Assembly: GCA_963827655.1 (NCBI GenBank)
Contig: CAWHCF010000042.1
Coordinates: forward strand, 52,778-116,777
Length of the DNA: 64,000 nt
Direction of reading: 5' to 3'
From: an uncultured Acidobacteriota bacterium
GTDB lineage: Bacteria; Acidobacteriota; UBA6911
This document shows, one piece after another, positions 40,187 through 50,065 of this stretch. The translations under genes were made by a program, and so were the position numbers. Each line of letters starts with the position of its first letter. Position 1 is the stretch's first letter. The notes below the pieces were generated by a model. The model was given only the letters and a program-made list of their open reading frames with translations, did not search any database and was not told the origin of the DNA.

Positions 40187-42877
40187 ATGGACTCAATATC
40201 GGTCGGACAGAAAATTCGCCATTTCGAGGTGGTTGAACGGATCGGCGAAGGCGGCATGGGTGAAGTCTTCAAGGCCAGGGATGTGAGCCTGGGCCGTTCC
40301 GTCGCGCTCAAAGCGCTGAAACCCGGACTCATGACCGCCTCGGCCCGCGAGCGATTCTTGCGCGAAGCGCGTGTGGCCTCGGCTTTGAATCATCCCAACA
40401 TTGTGACGGTTTTCGAGGCCTTCACGGAAGACGATACGGACTTCATTGCTATGGAGCTGATTACCGGGAGAACCCTGGACCTCGTGATCGCCGAAAAAAG
40501 CCTCCCGGTCAGCGAAGCACTGGAATTTGCGCTCCAGATCTCCGACGCGCTGAATGCGGCTCACCGCGCCGGCGTGGTACACCGCGACCTGAAGCCCGGC
40601 AACATAATGGTGACCGACGATCGCGTCATCAAAGTGCTGGACTTCGGCATCGCTAAAATGGTTTTGCCCGAGGACACCCAGGGATCGAATATCGCCGGCG
40701 CCACGGCCACGATCGAACCTTTCAGCGCAGGCCGTACCAGTCCGGGCGTGATCATGGGGACAGCAGCCTATATGTCCCCCGAACAGGCTGAGGGAAAGCC
40801 GGTCGACGCTCGATCCGATATCTTTTCCTTCGGCGTGATCCTCTACGAAATGTTGACCGGGCGCCGCGCCTTCAAGGCCGATACCGAGGTGTCCTCGCTG
40901 GTTGCGATCCTGACCAAGGAGCCGACTCCGCTGGCCGAGTTGGTCCCCGCAGCACCTGGAGCGTTAGAGTCCATCGTGTCTCGCTGCTTGCGCAAGCAGG
41001 CCGAGCGGCGCCTTCAGACTGCGGCTGACCTTCGTGCCGCCTTGCGGGATGTCCAGGACGAGCTCGCCGGAGAATCTCGGACTCTTGCGGCCGCCGCGCC
41101 TGCCGCAAGCCGATTTCGATCCCCGTGGCTGTGGGTCGCGGCGCTTGCCCTGGCCGTTGCGCTCGCCGGTACGTGGGTCTACCTTAGCCGGGAAAGAACC
41201 TCAGGTCCCGGCACGTCCGGCATTCATGCGAAGAGCACCCCACTCACTGCCTACCGCGGGAGCGAGGCCGATCCTTCGTTTTCTCCCGACGGAAACCAGG
41301 TCGCGTTTTCTTGGGACGGCGAATCCAGAGATAACTCCGATATTTATCTCAAACTGGTCGGCCCCGGCCGCCCCGTGCGGATCACCACCGATCCGCGGCC
41401 TGACATCTGTCCGTCCTGGTCGCGTGACGGCCGGTGGGTCGCCTTTCTGCGCCAGCTTGCCGACAACGAGTTCTCTCTGATTGTGATCCCGGCCCTGGGG
41501 GGGCGCGAACGCGCGCTCTTGAACCTGAACACCTCTTACATTCTAGGTGCGTCGAAGCCGGCGTGGTCCAAGGACTCAAAGTGGCTTGTTATTTCAGCCA
41601 CATCCCCGGGGCAGAATCAACAGGCTCTCGCCCGCGTCAGCCTGGAAAGCGCCCAGATCTCATGGATCACGCAGCCGGATACCTCCTCTGGCCTTCATGA
41701 AGTCATGCCTGCTCTTTCTCCGAATGGTCGTCAGCTCGCCTTCTCGCGTGTCGGCGGAGGGTTTGTGACTGCCGCTTTTGTCCTCTCCGTCTCCGATGGT
41801 CTGGTTCCGAGCGGCGCGCCCAGAGCGCTCGATCAAGGCGAAATCCCGGCTCTCACGCCCGAATGGTTGAATGACGACGAATTGATAGTCGCCACCGGCG
41901 GAGTGCAATCGACTCTCTGGAAGATCAGCGCTTCGGGGAAGACGCCCGTGCAACCTCTGGTTGTAGCCGGCACGGACGTGGTTCAGCCGGGAATCAACCC
42001 AACCACACACCGTCTCGCTTACGTCTCCAAGACGCTCGACACCAACATCTGGACGCTTCGCCTGGCGAGCACGACCCAGGCCTCAGCGGATCCCGCCCGG
42101 ATTGTTGCCTCCACGAAGTCCGACGTGAATCCACAGGTCTCACCCGATGGAAAACGGGTTGCATTCTCTTCCAATCGTTCCGGCAGGTACGAGATCTGGA
42201 TCCGGGACCCGGACGCTCCTGATGCCTATCAGCTCACGACACTGGGTGCGGGAACCAGCGGCTCTCCGCGCTGGTCCCCGAGCGGACGCGAGATCGCATT
42301 CGACTCCAATCTCGGTGGCCGATCCAATATCTACGTGGTGAACAGCGAGGGGGGGACGCCTCGCAAGCTCACCGAGAGCGCCGGAGCCAATATCGTGCCC
42401 TGCTGGTCGAAGGACGCCGCGTTCATTTTCTTCGGCTCGAACCGCAGCGGCACGTTTCAAATCTGGAAAATGAATGCGGATGGCAGCAATCCGGTAATGA
42501 TCACAAAAGGCGGGGGCTTTGCTCCTCTTCTATCGGCAAACGGCGAGTTCATCTTCTACGCAAAGAGTCCCGCGTTGGCCAGCGACATTTGGAGGGTCCC
42601 GGTCCAGGGTGGAGAGGAACGCAAGGTTACGGATGGCGTGTACCGTTACAGCTTTGCTCTTGCCCCTGAGGGTCTTTATTTCGTCTCCGCGCCCCGATTT
42701 CAGAAGCGATCTGCCATTTGCTTCCTCGAGTTCGCGCGTGAATCGATCACCGATGTCTTCCCGCTTCAGGATCCAGCGGAGCTGGGCCTCGGGCTATCGT
42801 CCGATTACCGGAATCTCTTCTTCGCCAAAGTCGATTACAGCGATAGCGATATCATGCTGGTTGAGAATATCCCCTGA
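40187..42877 (+). CDS. Membrane Ser/Thr protein kinase with extracytoplasmic PD40/TolB-like propellers
   Basis: IGEGGMGEV, VALK, HRDLKPGN, DFG, YMSPEQ; TM helix; repeated P.(F/W)SPDG..(V/I)AF. Confidence 0.93.
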   Translation: MDSISVGQKIRHFEVVERIGEGGMGEVFKARDVSLGRSVALKALKPGLMTASARERFLREARVASALNHPNIVTVFEAFTEDDTDFIAMELITGRTLDLVIAEKSLPVSEALEFALQISDALNAAHRAGVVHRDLKPGNIMVTDDRVIKVLDFGIAKMVLPEDTQGSNIAGATATIEPFSAGRTSPGVIMGTAAYMSPEQAEGKPVDARSDIFSFGVILYEMLTGRRAFKADTEVSSLVAILTKEPTPLAELVPAAPGALESIVSRCLRKQAERRLQTAADLRAALRDVQDELAGESRTLAAAAPAASRFRSPWLWVAALALAVALAGTWVYLSRERTSGPGTSGIHAKSTPLTAYRGSEADPSFSPDGNQVAFSWDGESRDNSDIYLKLVGPGRPVRITTDPRPDICPSWSRDGRWVAFLRQLADNEFSLIVIPALGGRERALLNLNTSYILGASKPAWSKDSKWLVISATSPGQNQQALARVSLESAQISWITQPDTSSGLHEVMPALSPNGRQLAFSRVGGGFVTAAFVLSVSDGLVPSGAPRALDQGEIPALTPEWLNDDELIVATGGVQSTLWKISASGKTPVQPLVVAGTDVVQPGINPTTHRLAYVSKTLDTNIWTLRLASTTQASADPARIVASTKSDVNPQVSPDGKRVAFSSNRSGRYEIWIRDPDAPDAYQLTTLGAGTSGSPRWSPSGREIAFDSNLGGRSNIYVVNSEGGTPRKLTESAGANIVPCWSKDAAFIFFGSNRSGTFQIWKMNADGSNPVMITKGGGFAPLLSANGEFIFYAKSPALASDIWRVPVQGGEERKVTDGVYRYSFALAPEGLYFVSAPRFQKRSAICFLEFARESITDVFPLQDPAELGLGLSSDYRNLFFAKVDYSDSDIMLVENIP

Positions 42878-42884
42878 GGAGCTG

Positions 42885-43067
42885 GCGCGGGTCATCAGAG
42901 ACTGTCGCAAAACTCGCCGGGTTCATGTGCGGACGGGCTATCAAGCCCGTCCGGCTCCCGAGGGGCACTACTGAACTTTTTAAGGTTAAGGCATGCCGGT
43001 TACGTTACTTGCGACGGGCCAATGGCCCGTCGCCACAGGGTGCTCTAAAGAATGTCTGAGCCAAACT
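42885..43067 (-). mobile_element. Family-3 double-hairpin element, copy 2 (leader 42885-42915 forward, body 42925-43067 inverted)
   Basis: Body reverse-complement matches 22455-22596; leader gcgcgggtcatcagagactgtcgcaaaactc matches 22411-22442 directly. Confidence 0.8.
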
Positions 43068-43135
43068 GGGTGCCCATCGAAATCCTTGACAATCTGAGCC
43101 GGCTCGCTGGCGCGCAGTCGGCCGAACCCCAGGGG

Positions 43136-44842
43136 TCACCCGGTTTTTCTGGAATCGACGCCTACCCTGGGTAGCTCTTCGGCCGAGGAAGGCGAGGCTG
43201 GAGCGGGGAACCAGTCTGACTTGGGGACGACGACCGGCCGGTGCGGCTGCAGCATGAAATGCGGCGACATGATCTGCACTCCGTATTCGTTGAAGACGTC
43301 CTGAATCTGAGCGTGGAGCTCGGACAGCACGACTGGCCGCTCTTCAGGCCGCTCCAATGGAAGCAGGTGCACCAGCAGACGATACTCGATATAGAAGTCG
43401 CCAAGGGATCTTTGCAGAACGCGCGGTGGTGGTTGTTGGCAAACGCCGGCGGTCCGGCCGGCCGCCACCAGCAGCATCGAATGAACCTGCCGCCAGGGTG
43501 CGTCATAACCAATGGTGACGGATGTGGACGCCACCGAGCCCTGATCTTTCGCCAGCCGCGTGTAGTTGACCGCCGTCATTCCCACCAACGTTGCGTTCGG
43601 GATGATGACTTCCTCACGCTGGACCGTGAGCAGCTTGGTGGACAGGACACCCATGTCACTAACCACGCCTTCAGTTTCACCGATGCAGACATAATCGTTA
43701 ATCCTGAAGGCTCGGGAATAGACGATTACCAGTCCGCTCATGATCTGGTTGACCAGACCCGCTGAACCCAGCGAGACAACCAAACCGGCCAGGACCCCGA
43801 TTCCCTTGAACCCTTCCGTGTTGGAGCCCGGAATATAAGGGTAAGCGACAGTCAACGCGAAAATCCAAATCACAAAAACAAAAAGCCGCCGGGTGGCGCG
43901 CGCCGTTTCTGGCTGGAACCCATAGAAGCCGAACGTCCCATGTTCCACGCCCCGAAAGAAGCTGACCACCAGGCGAACCAAAACGCGAGTCAGAGCGACG
44001 ATCACCACGACAGTGAACAGGTCCGGCAAGGAACCGACAATCCCCTGAACAACCTGCTTGAACAACTCCACAAGAAAGCCGCTCAACCGCTCTCCCCAGG
44101 GTTGGGTATAAGGAAACCACATCAACTCGTACATCAGCCAAAGGTAAGTCAGGAACACCAGGGCGACCAGGACGAGGAACCGGATAATGACCCGCTCGAA
44201 GGACACGACGTGCGCTCGCACATCCACTCCGCCGATCTTCAATCGCTGGCTTTTGTCGACGATTCTCTGCAGGTGAAGCACTAACTTCTTCTGGAGCTTG
44301 AGCGTCAGCCACACCGCCCCGACAAACAGCAGGGTGGCGGCAGCGGCGAACCCCACTGCCCTCACCATGAGCGGAAAGTTGCTCTGCTGCTCGCGGGCCT
44401 CCAAAAAACCTCTGAGCCGGGCCCCGGCCTGGCTGGCGGCCTGCTCCAGCGTTTCCCCAGCCTCACGGTTCAGGTCGCCGGCTATGACCCCAAAGACAGG
44501 TTGCTGATTAACAGAAATCAGAATGCCGCTGACAGGACCAAGCGTCGCAGGCCTGGTCTCGATGGTCCAGGGTCCGAACTCAGGCAAGGCTTCGACGCGG
44601 GCTTGGGCCGCCGCCGCCCGCTGAGCCGGGGTGCGCTGTTCCAAGGATGACCGAAAAACGAAGATCGTACGGTTCCAGACCACCAGGGGCGCCTCTTCAA
44701 CGACAGCGCCCGCCGAAGGTGTCTCGGCCGCCTGGGCCTCAGGCAGATTCTGCACTGCCAGCACGGTCATGACAGTCACAAGCAGAGAAACGACGGCCGC
44801 GAATGATGATGGGCGCCCTTTCGAGGATCTCAGCATGTCCAC
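43136..44842 (-). CDS. MscS-family mechanosensitive channel with N-terminal periplasmic domain
   Basis: YPYIPGS..GFKGI, SGLVIVYSRAF..DYV.IG, IIPN, IGYDAPWRQV, FNEYGVQIMSPH. Confidence 0.9.
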   Translation of the reverse strand: MDMLRSSKGRPSSFAAVVSLLVTVMTVLAVQNLPEAQAAETPSAGAVVEEAPLVVWNRTIFVFRSSLEQRTPAQRAAAAQARVEALPEFGPWTIETRPATLGPVSGILISVNQQPVFGVIAGDLNREAGETLEQAASQAGARLRGFLEAREQQSNFPLMVRAVGFAAAATLLFVGAVWLTLKLQKKLVLHLQRIVDKSQRLKIGGVDVRAHVVSFERVIIRFLVLVALVFLTYLWLMYELMWFPYTQPWGERLSGFLVELFKQVVQGIVGSLPDLFTVVVIVALTRVLVRLVVSFFRGVEHGTFGFYGFQPETARATRRLFVFVIWIFALTVAYPYIPGSNTEGFKGIGVLAGLVVSLGSAGLVNQIMSGLVIVYSRAFRINDYVCIGETEGVVSDMGVLSTKLLTVQREEVIIPNATLVGMTAVNYTRLAKDQGSVASTSVTIGYDAPWRQVHSMLLVAAGRTAGVCQQPPPRVLQRSLGDFYIEYRLLVHLLPLERPEERPVVLSELHAQIQDVFNEYGVQIMSPHFMLQPHRPVVVPKSDWFPAPASPSSAEELPRVGVDSRKTG

Positions 44843-45082
44843 GTTCCGCGCCGATTCGGCCTACATTTCCCTTTTGGCATAGTCTTCAGTAAACCCGAGC
44901 GGGAAGTAGCAGTAAGGATGGGCAGGCGGGAGCTATCGAGAATCCGTCCTCGATCACACGCCTGATTTGGTTTTCCATATGACAACCACGCTGAAAATGG
45001 ACGAAGATCAGACTTCGGACAGTTTCCTCCTTTTGATTGAATTGCGTGATACAAGAGCTGAATAGAGCCTCACGATGCATGT

Positions 45083-47461
45083 TTATCTTCGTCGCCCACC
45101 CATGCGGCCGCCGCCACCTCTCGACGACCAGCCACCTCCACCACCCGACCATCCGCCGCTGCGTTCATACTGGCGTTGCTGGGCGGCTCGTCGCTCGCCT
45201 TCCTGACGGGCACGGGCCTGTCGATCCAAGCTATCCATGTTTTCGCGAGACAGGGACGGAGCTTGCGTCCGAGTATCGGCGCGTTGTTGTGCCGCTTGAG
45301 CTGCCGACTCCCGGGTAACCCCGGCGCCCTGGGCGGCCTGTCGGGCCTGGTCTCGCGCAGCTGCATTGTCCACCGAATTCCAGTTTCCCCCTCCTCCATA
45401 CTGGCTCCAGTTGCCGCTGGCATCTTTGCGGTAGAGGTTTCCATCCTTGCCGGCATAGACGTTGTTTCCGGAGCCCTTTGCCACCGTGCCACCCCCCGCG
45501 CCACGGGCCCAGGCCGCGGAACCTTGTGAACTCTGGATACCTCCAACCGTCCCTCGGTCGGTCGTGACATGTCTGCTCCGGGCCCAATCGTCGCCACGCA
45601 CAGCCGCCGACCGCCCCCACTGGGCATAGGGACTGGAACCTTGCCGTGTGGCGCCGTACCCTCCTGTCCACGGGTTGTAAGCGGCAGCCGCCGTTCGCCC
45701 GCCATACCAGGTCTGGGCGGTGGCAGCGCGCCCGTATCTTCCAGTGGCCGGGTTGAACCAGGCCGAGCCCCCCACCGCCCCATACGGACCATAGGCAGCC
45801 CGGCCGACGTAATAGCCGCCCGTCCACGGGTTGTAAACCGCGCCGACTCCGTAAGTAACCGGCCAGGGCCGGTAAATGGGATAGGGATACATGGGTCCCC
45901 AGTAGTAATACGGGGGATAGTAATAGCCCGTCCCATACGCCACGGTCAGGCCTACGGTTGTGCCCATCAGAAACATGCCCTCGTACCCGCTGGTGTGGCT
46001 GCACTCCACCGTGGTTGTCGTCGGATTCGCAACGGTGACATAGGTCACGTTGTGCACGGGGGAACTGGGAGGAATGGTGTAGATCTCTGCGGGAACCGTG
46101 TCGGCCGTTTTCCACGGACCCTCAGCCGTGGTGGACGTGAACCAGACTCCCTGCAGGCACATATAGTACACGTCCCCGTACTTGATCACTTTGTCCTGGG
46201 TGTTGGTCGCGTATTGCAGAGAAGTCTGCTCGATCGGCTTGAACTGCGGCTCTCCGTCATAATTCACTTTTGCCTTGGCTTCCACTTCAGCCCGATTGAC
46301 CACCGCTGTGGTCGGGACTTGCGCCAGCAGCACGGCGTCTTCGGCCTGCTGGGAACCGGGAACCGACGCCACAACATGCGACCGGGGATGATCCGCAGGA
46401 ATTTTGGCGAAATCGGGCGGCAAATCGGCGCCGGCGTAACTCCACGGACCGTCCAGAGACTTGGCGCGGAACCAGCGGCCAGAGGTCAGGAAATAGATTT
46501 CATTCTGCTTGGAATCCTGAAAGACGTCGCTTTCTGAATTGCTCGCATATGAGAGATTTGTCCCCTCGATCTTGGAGTAAGCCGGCTCTCCCTGGAAGAG
46601 AATCAGTTCCGCTGGTGTATTTGTGAAGAACACTTCCGGTCCTTTCACCGACGGCGAAACCGTTGGGGGAATCGCCTTCTTCACATCGTCCCAGTTCTGG
46701 TTGGCGGGCAGTTTGGACAAATCGTCCGGCAGTTTGTTGGTTACGGCCCAGGGGCCCGCCAAGGCCGAAGCAGACAGCCAGGTCTTGTCTGTCAGGAGGT
46801 AGTAGGTTTTGCTCTTCTTGTCGTGGAAGAGGTCCCAGTTTGTGTTGACCACAAATTCCACGTCAAACTTCTCGATCGGAGCAAGCACGGGTTCGCCGTC
46901 CACGAGGAGCATGATGGCTTGCCTCTTGCTGTATAAGATCCGTGGCGGGTCCGTCTTGACAGCCACGGGCTTTGCCGAAGCCTCGGACTTCTGCAGGCCC
47001 GCCAGAATCCGGTCGAGCGAAATTGTCATCACAGGGGTTGGAAACAACTTTCGCAGCAGCTGGTCGAGCGCGTCGGTTATGGTCTTGTCGGCTGAAGGAA
47101 AACGCGAACTGGTGATCTCGATATCCCGAACGACAACCGTTCTTTTTTCCAAATCCGCCAAGGTCGATGCCTTGAGCGAGGCTACGCCCAGAATCGGCTG
47201 TCCGCCTGGCGGGGTCAGCGAGACTGCCACATCCCCGGTCAGCACTCGATAGTCCTTCCATTCATCGATTTGTGGTTGGTAGTAAACCAGACGCGCGCCG
47301 TCTTGCTGGACTTCCCGGGGCCATCCTGGGTCGGAAGAAGAGCTGCCGCCCGCAGGTGCTTGCGTTGGCGCAGGCTGCTGAACCGGCAGGGATAGCGACG
47401 CCGGGATAAGGCACAATAGCAAGACCAGGCAAAGATAATGTCGAACAATATAGGAGTTCAT
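45083..47461 (-). CDS. Large secreted hypothetical protein with Tyr/Trp/Gly-rich region and RGG tail
   Basis: GAGGA RBS; signal peptide; DPGWPR..YQPQIDEW; repeated W...GPW units; ends GGRMGGRRR. Confidence 0.8.
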   Translation of the reverse strand: MNSYIVRHYLCLVLLLCLIPASLSLPVQQPAPTQAPAGGSSSSDPGWPREVQQDGARLVYYQPQIDEWKDYRVLTGDVAVSLTPPGGQPILGVASLKASTLADLEKRTVVVRDIEITSSRFPSADKTITDALDQLLRKLFPTPVMTISLDRILAGLQKSEASAKPVAVKTDPPRILYSKRQAIMLLVDGEPVLAPIEKFDVEFVVNTNWDLFHDKKSKTYYLLTDKTWLSASALAGPWAVTNKLPDDLSKLPANQNWDDVKKAIPPTVSPSVKGPEVFFTNTPAELILFQGEPAYSKIEGTNLSYASNSESDVFQDSKQNEIYFLTSGRWFRAKSLDGPWSYAGADLPPDFAKIPADHPRSHVVASVPGSQQAEDAVLLAQVPTTAVVNRAEVEAKAKVNYDGEPQFKPIEQTSLQYATNTQDKVIKYGDVYYMCLQGVWFTSTTAEGPWKTADTVPAEIYTIPPSSPVHNVTYVTVANPTTTTVECSHTSGYEGMFLMGTTVGLTVAYGTGYYYPPYYYWGPMYPYPIYRPWPVTYGVGAVYNPWTGGYYVGRAAYGPYGAVGGSAWFNPATGRYGRAATAQTWYGGRTAAAAYNPWTGGYGATRQGSSPYAQWGRSAAVRGDDWARSRHVTTDRGTVGGIQSSQGSAAWARGAGGGTVAKGSGNNVYAGKDGNLYRKDASGNWSQYGGGGNWNSVDNAAARDQARQAAQGAGVTRESAAQAAQQRADTRTQAPSLSRENMDSLDRQARARQEGERRAAQQRQYERSGGWSGGGGGWSSRGGGGRMGGRRR

Positions 47462-47535
47462 GTTAGTCCTCATTCGAGTACCAATAGCGAGCACCGAAAG
47501 TGGGGGACGAGCGCTACAGATGCTGAACCGCCGGC

Positions 47536-48480
47536 CTATCGGACCCTCCGCCACGAGCTATCGGGATTATACTCGTTGATTTGACTGGCAACCTTGACGG
47601 TTTCCTCCCCCAGATCCTTCTCGTAGATAACTCCGTCCTGATTGACGATGAACGCCATCACGCCGCTCTTGCGATATTCGGCTGGATAGGCGAGAAGAGC
47701 AAAGCCGCCCGTCATTTCCCCATTGGAGATGTAGCTCTTTGCGCCTCCCGGTGCGGCAGGCCCTTGCGCGGTCAGCAGGCGGTATAGGTAACCGTGAAAT
47801 GGCGTCGGACCTGAAACTCCGAGCGAGGAGTAATCTGGGGAAGCCTCAGCTACGAACGCGCCCAGGGGGCTCAGATCCTCGCCCGGCGCGACCTTCCAGT
47901 ATAGGCCATCCTGCTTGCCGGGTTGGCTGGCGAATCTTTGGGCATAGAGTCCGGCTGGTTTGCCGTCATGGCTTTTCGCCGCGTACTCTTTTTGTACTCG
48001 CACGTAAACGCTGCAGGCACGAATCGTGCTCAGCTCATTACGGCCAATCCGCCGGAACAGGATTTCCTCTCTTCCCGCGGAAGTATCGAATCTCCAACCC
48101 CCTGAATCCTTCACGAGCGGGATCGGATAGCGCCACTTTTCGTTGCCAATCACCAGGATTCTGGTATTCGCTCCCTCGCTGGTCAGCGACCACTTCTCAT
48201 TCAAGGCGACCAGAATCACCTGTCGCGACCTCCGGTCGGCAACCTTGTCGCCTGACGAAAGAAGGTCCTCTGCGTCTGCTCCGAAGATCGCCAGCAACTC
48301 GGGCATGTTGTTGCCCTTCGCCGCCTTGATCGCACTCTGCACGGCCTCTTCTGCGGTCTTAAACCGTTTCTGAGTCTGCTGTGCGATGCTATTCTGAGCA
48401 GTCAGAGCCGTCGCAACTATCATGAGCCCACAAGCGACAAACCGCTTGAACCGAAGACTGCTGAGAATGAAATGGCACAT
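47536..48480 (-). CDS. DUF2950 family protein
   Basis: F.TAEEAV, LLSSGD.VAD, PIPLVK...WRFD..G.EEI..RRIGRNE, DGLYW, PFHGY, GFALLAYPAEY..SGV, YEKDLG. Confidence 0.88.
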   Translation of the reverse strand: MCHFILSSLRFKRFVACGLMIVATALTAQNSIAQQTQKRFKTAEEAVQSAIKAAKGNNMPELLAIFGADAEDLLSSGDKVADRRSRQVILVALNEKWSLTSEGANTRILVIGNEKWRYPIPLVKDSGGWRFDTSAGREEILFRRIGRNELSTIRACSVYVRVQKEYAAKSHDGKPAGLYAQRFASQPGKQDGLYWKVAPGEDLSPLGAFVAEASPDYSSLGVSGPTPFHGYLYRLLTAQGPAAPGGAKSYISNGEMTGGFALLAYPAEYRKSGVMAFIVNQDGVIYEKDLGEETVKVASQINEYNPDSSWRRVR

Positions 48481-48538
48481 GGAGCGTTCTCCCATTCCGT
48501 CACTGCGAGATGACTGAAGGCGCGTCGCGTTCGTGCTG

Positions 48539-49795
48539 CTAACGGCGACGCCCGCCGCCTCGACCGCCGCCGCCCATGCTGCTTCGCCCCCGGGAGCTGC
48601 TGGATCGACTGGAACTGCCCCGCTCGTACCCCGACCAGGCCCCGGCACCCGAGCTGGATTGGCGAGACGTTTGTGAGCCGCTCTGTCCATGCCCGCGCGA
48701 CTCATAACCCGAAGGAAGTGAAGAAACGCCGGCACCGCCAGATGAAGAACGAGCCGCCCGGTCCTGGGTACTGGCACTGGCTCCACTCGACTGGCGGCTG
48801 GCCTGACGGTCGGCTGTGGACGTTGTGGTTCCTGACTGGCGGCTGGCTTGACGTTCGCTCGCGGTTTGCTGCCCGCTGGTCTGCCGATTAGCCGCCGCTT
48901 CTTGGGCTTTAGCCTTTTGTTCGGCGGTCCGCTCCGGAGCATTCTCCCGCATGTCCTCGCGATGATCGTAATAGTCCTCCCGCCTGTCTTCCCGGTAGTC
49001 CGCGACGTCGTCCCAGTCGGCGCCATAATATCCACCGTAATGCATCCCGTAGCCTCCCCAGCCGTACGGTCCGTAGTAATAGCTGCTGTTCATGGTAGCT
49101 CCGAGAGCCACGCCGGCTGAAAATCCGATCAACCCGGCGGCAATTTCATCACTGTTGTCGTCTTCGTGAACGACGACGGTCTGGGTCGCCGGCGGCGCCT
49201 GAATGACATATACCGTCTGTGGATTATATTGGGGAACGTACACCACCTGAGGATTGGAGGGTTGAATCACGATTACCTGTTGCCCTCCCTGCTCTACCGT
49301 CTGGACCTCTTGCTGCGGCGTCGTCTTCAAATTCCCCAACTCAACCGCCTTAGACCGCAGCCTCTGAATGGAGGCGAACACCGCTTTCTTGTCAGCCGTG
49401 AAAGCCTGGCCCAACTGCCGCGTCCAGCCGATCGAATCGGCCATTGTCTTCACCACTTGTGGAAAAATGACAATCGCGACGAAACTGGGCGCGAACCCCT
49501 GCTTCTCGGCCGCATCCTGCAGTTCGGTCCCCTTCAGTTTCTGGTTTTTTTGGATCCAGCTATTGAGCTCGCGGACCTTATCCGGATCGGTGGAACAGAA
49601 CAGGATCTGTGCAATCAGAGCGTCGGGATAAAGCGCGACGGGCGCCAGTATTTTGTCCAGGGCCGCCGGATCCGGTGCCGGCTGGGTTTGGGCAGGCTGA
49701 GTTTGGGCCGCCTGGGTCTGGACGGCCAACGAGTGACTGCCGGGAGACACGACCAGAAGGCAAAGCGTGAGAACGGCTAATCTTCCCTTTGTCAT
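48539..49795 (-). CDS. DUF3300 family protein
   Basis: LAPVALYPDAL.AQIL, WT..LG.AF, IQRLR, GNLKTTPQQ.V, I.PSNPQVVYVPQYNP..VY; RGG tail; GGAGG RBS. Confidence 0.88.
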   Translation of the reverse strand: MTKGRLAVLTLCLLVVSPGSHSLAVQTQAAQTQPAQTQPAPDPAALDKILAPVALYPDALIAQILFCSTDPDKVRELNSWIQKNQKLKGTELQDAAEKQGFAPSFVAIVIFPQVVKTMADSIGWTRQLGQAFTADKKAVFASIQRLRSKAVELGNLKTTPQQEVQTVEQGGQQVIVIQPSNPQVVYVPQYNPQTVYVIQAPPATQTVVVHEDDNSDEIAAGLIGFSAGVALGATMNSSYYYGPYGWGGYGMHYGGYYGADWDDVADYREDRREDYYDHREDMRENAPERTAEQKAKAQEAAANRQTSGQQTASERQASRQSGTTTSTADRQASRQSSGASASTQDRAARSSSGGAGVSSLPSGYESRGHGQSGSQTSRQSSSGAGAWSGYERGSSSRSSSSRGRSSMGGGGRGGGRRR

Positions 49796-50065
49796 AACTA
49801 CCTCCAGCGAAACGTCGAAAAAAAGGACCTCGATACCCTGGACTTCGAGCCTCGTGTACCCGCCGAGCGGGGCGCGTGCAAGCGATAAACCCCAGAAGAA
49901 GGCAACATTCTTATACCACTGGCAGCATAGCCTCGACCACTGTAATTGCTGGCAGGCTACCCGGGCTGCTTCAGTCGACATCCAGAAGGAACCAATGAGT
50001 AGCGGAATCGAGCGCCGGTTCTGCGGGAGCTGATCTTTGATGTTGCCCGACTTGCAGCGACGAGT

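Noticed and set aside
44886-45054. Possible small gene between the secreted protein and MscS
   Set aside because: An AGGAGG is present but not followed by a usable start; short ORFs have no recognisable features
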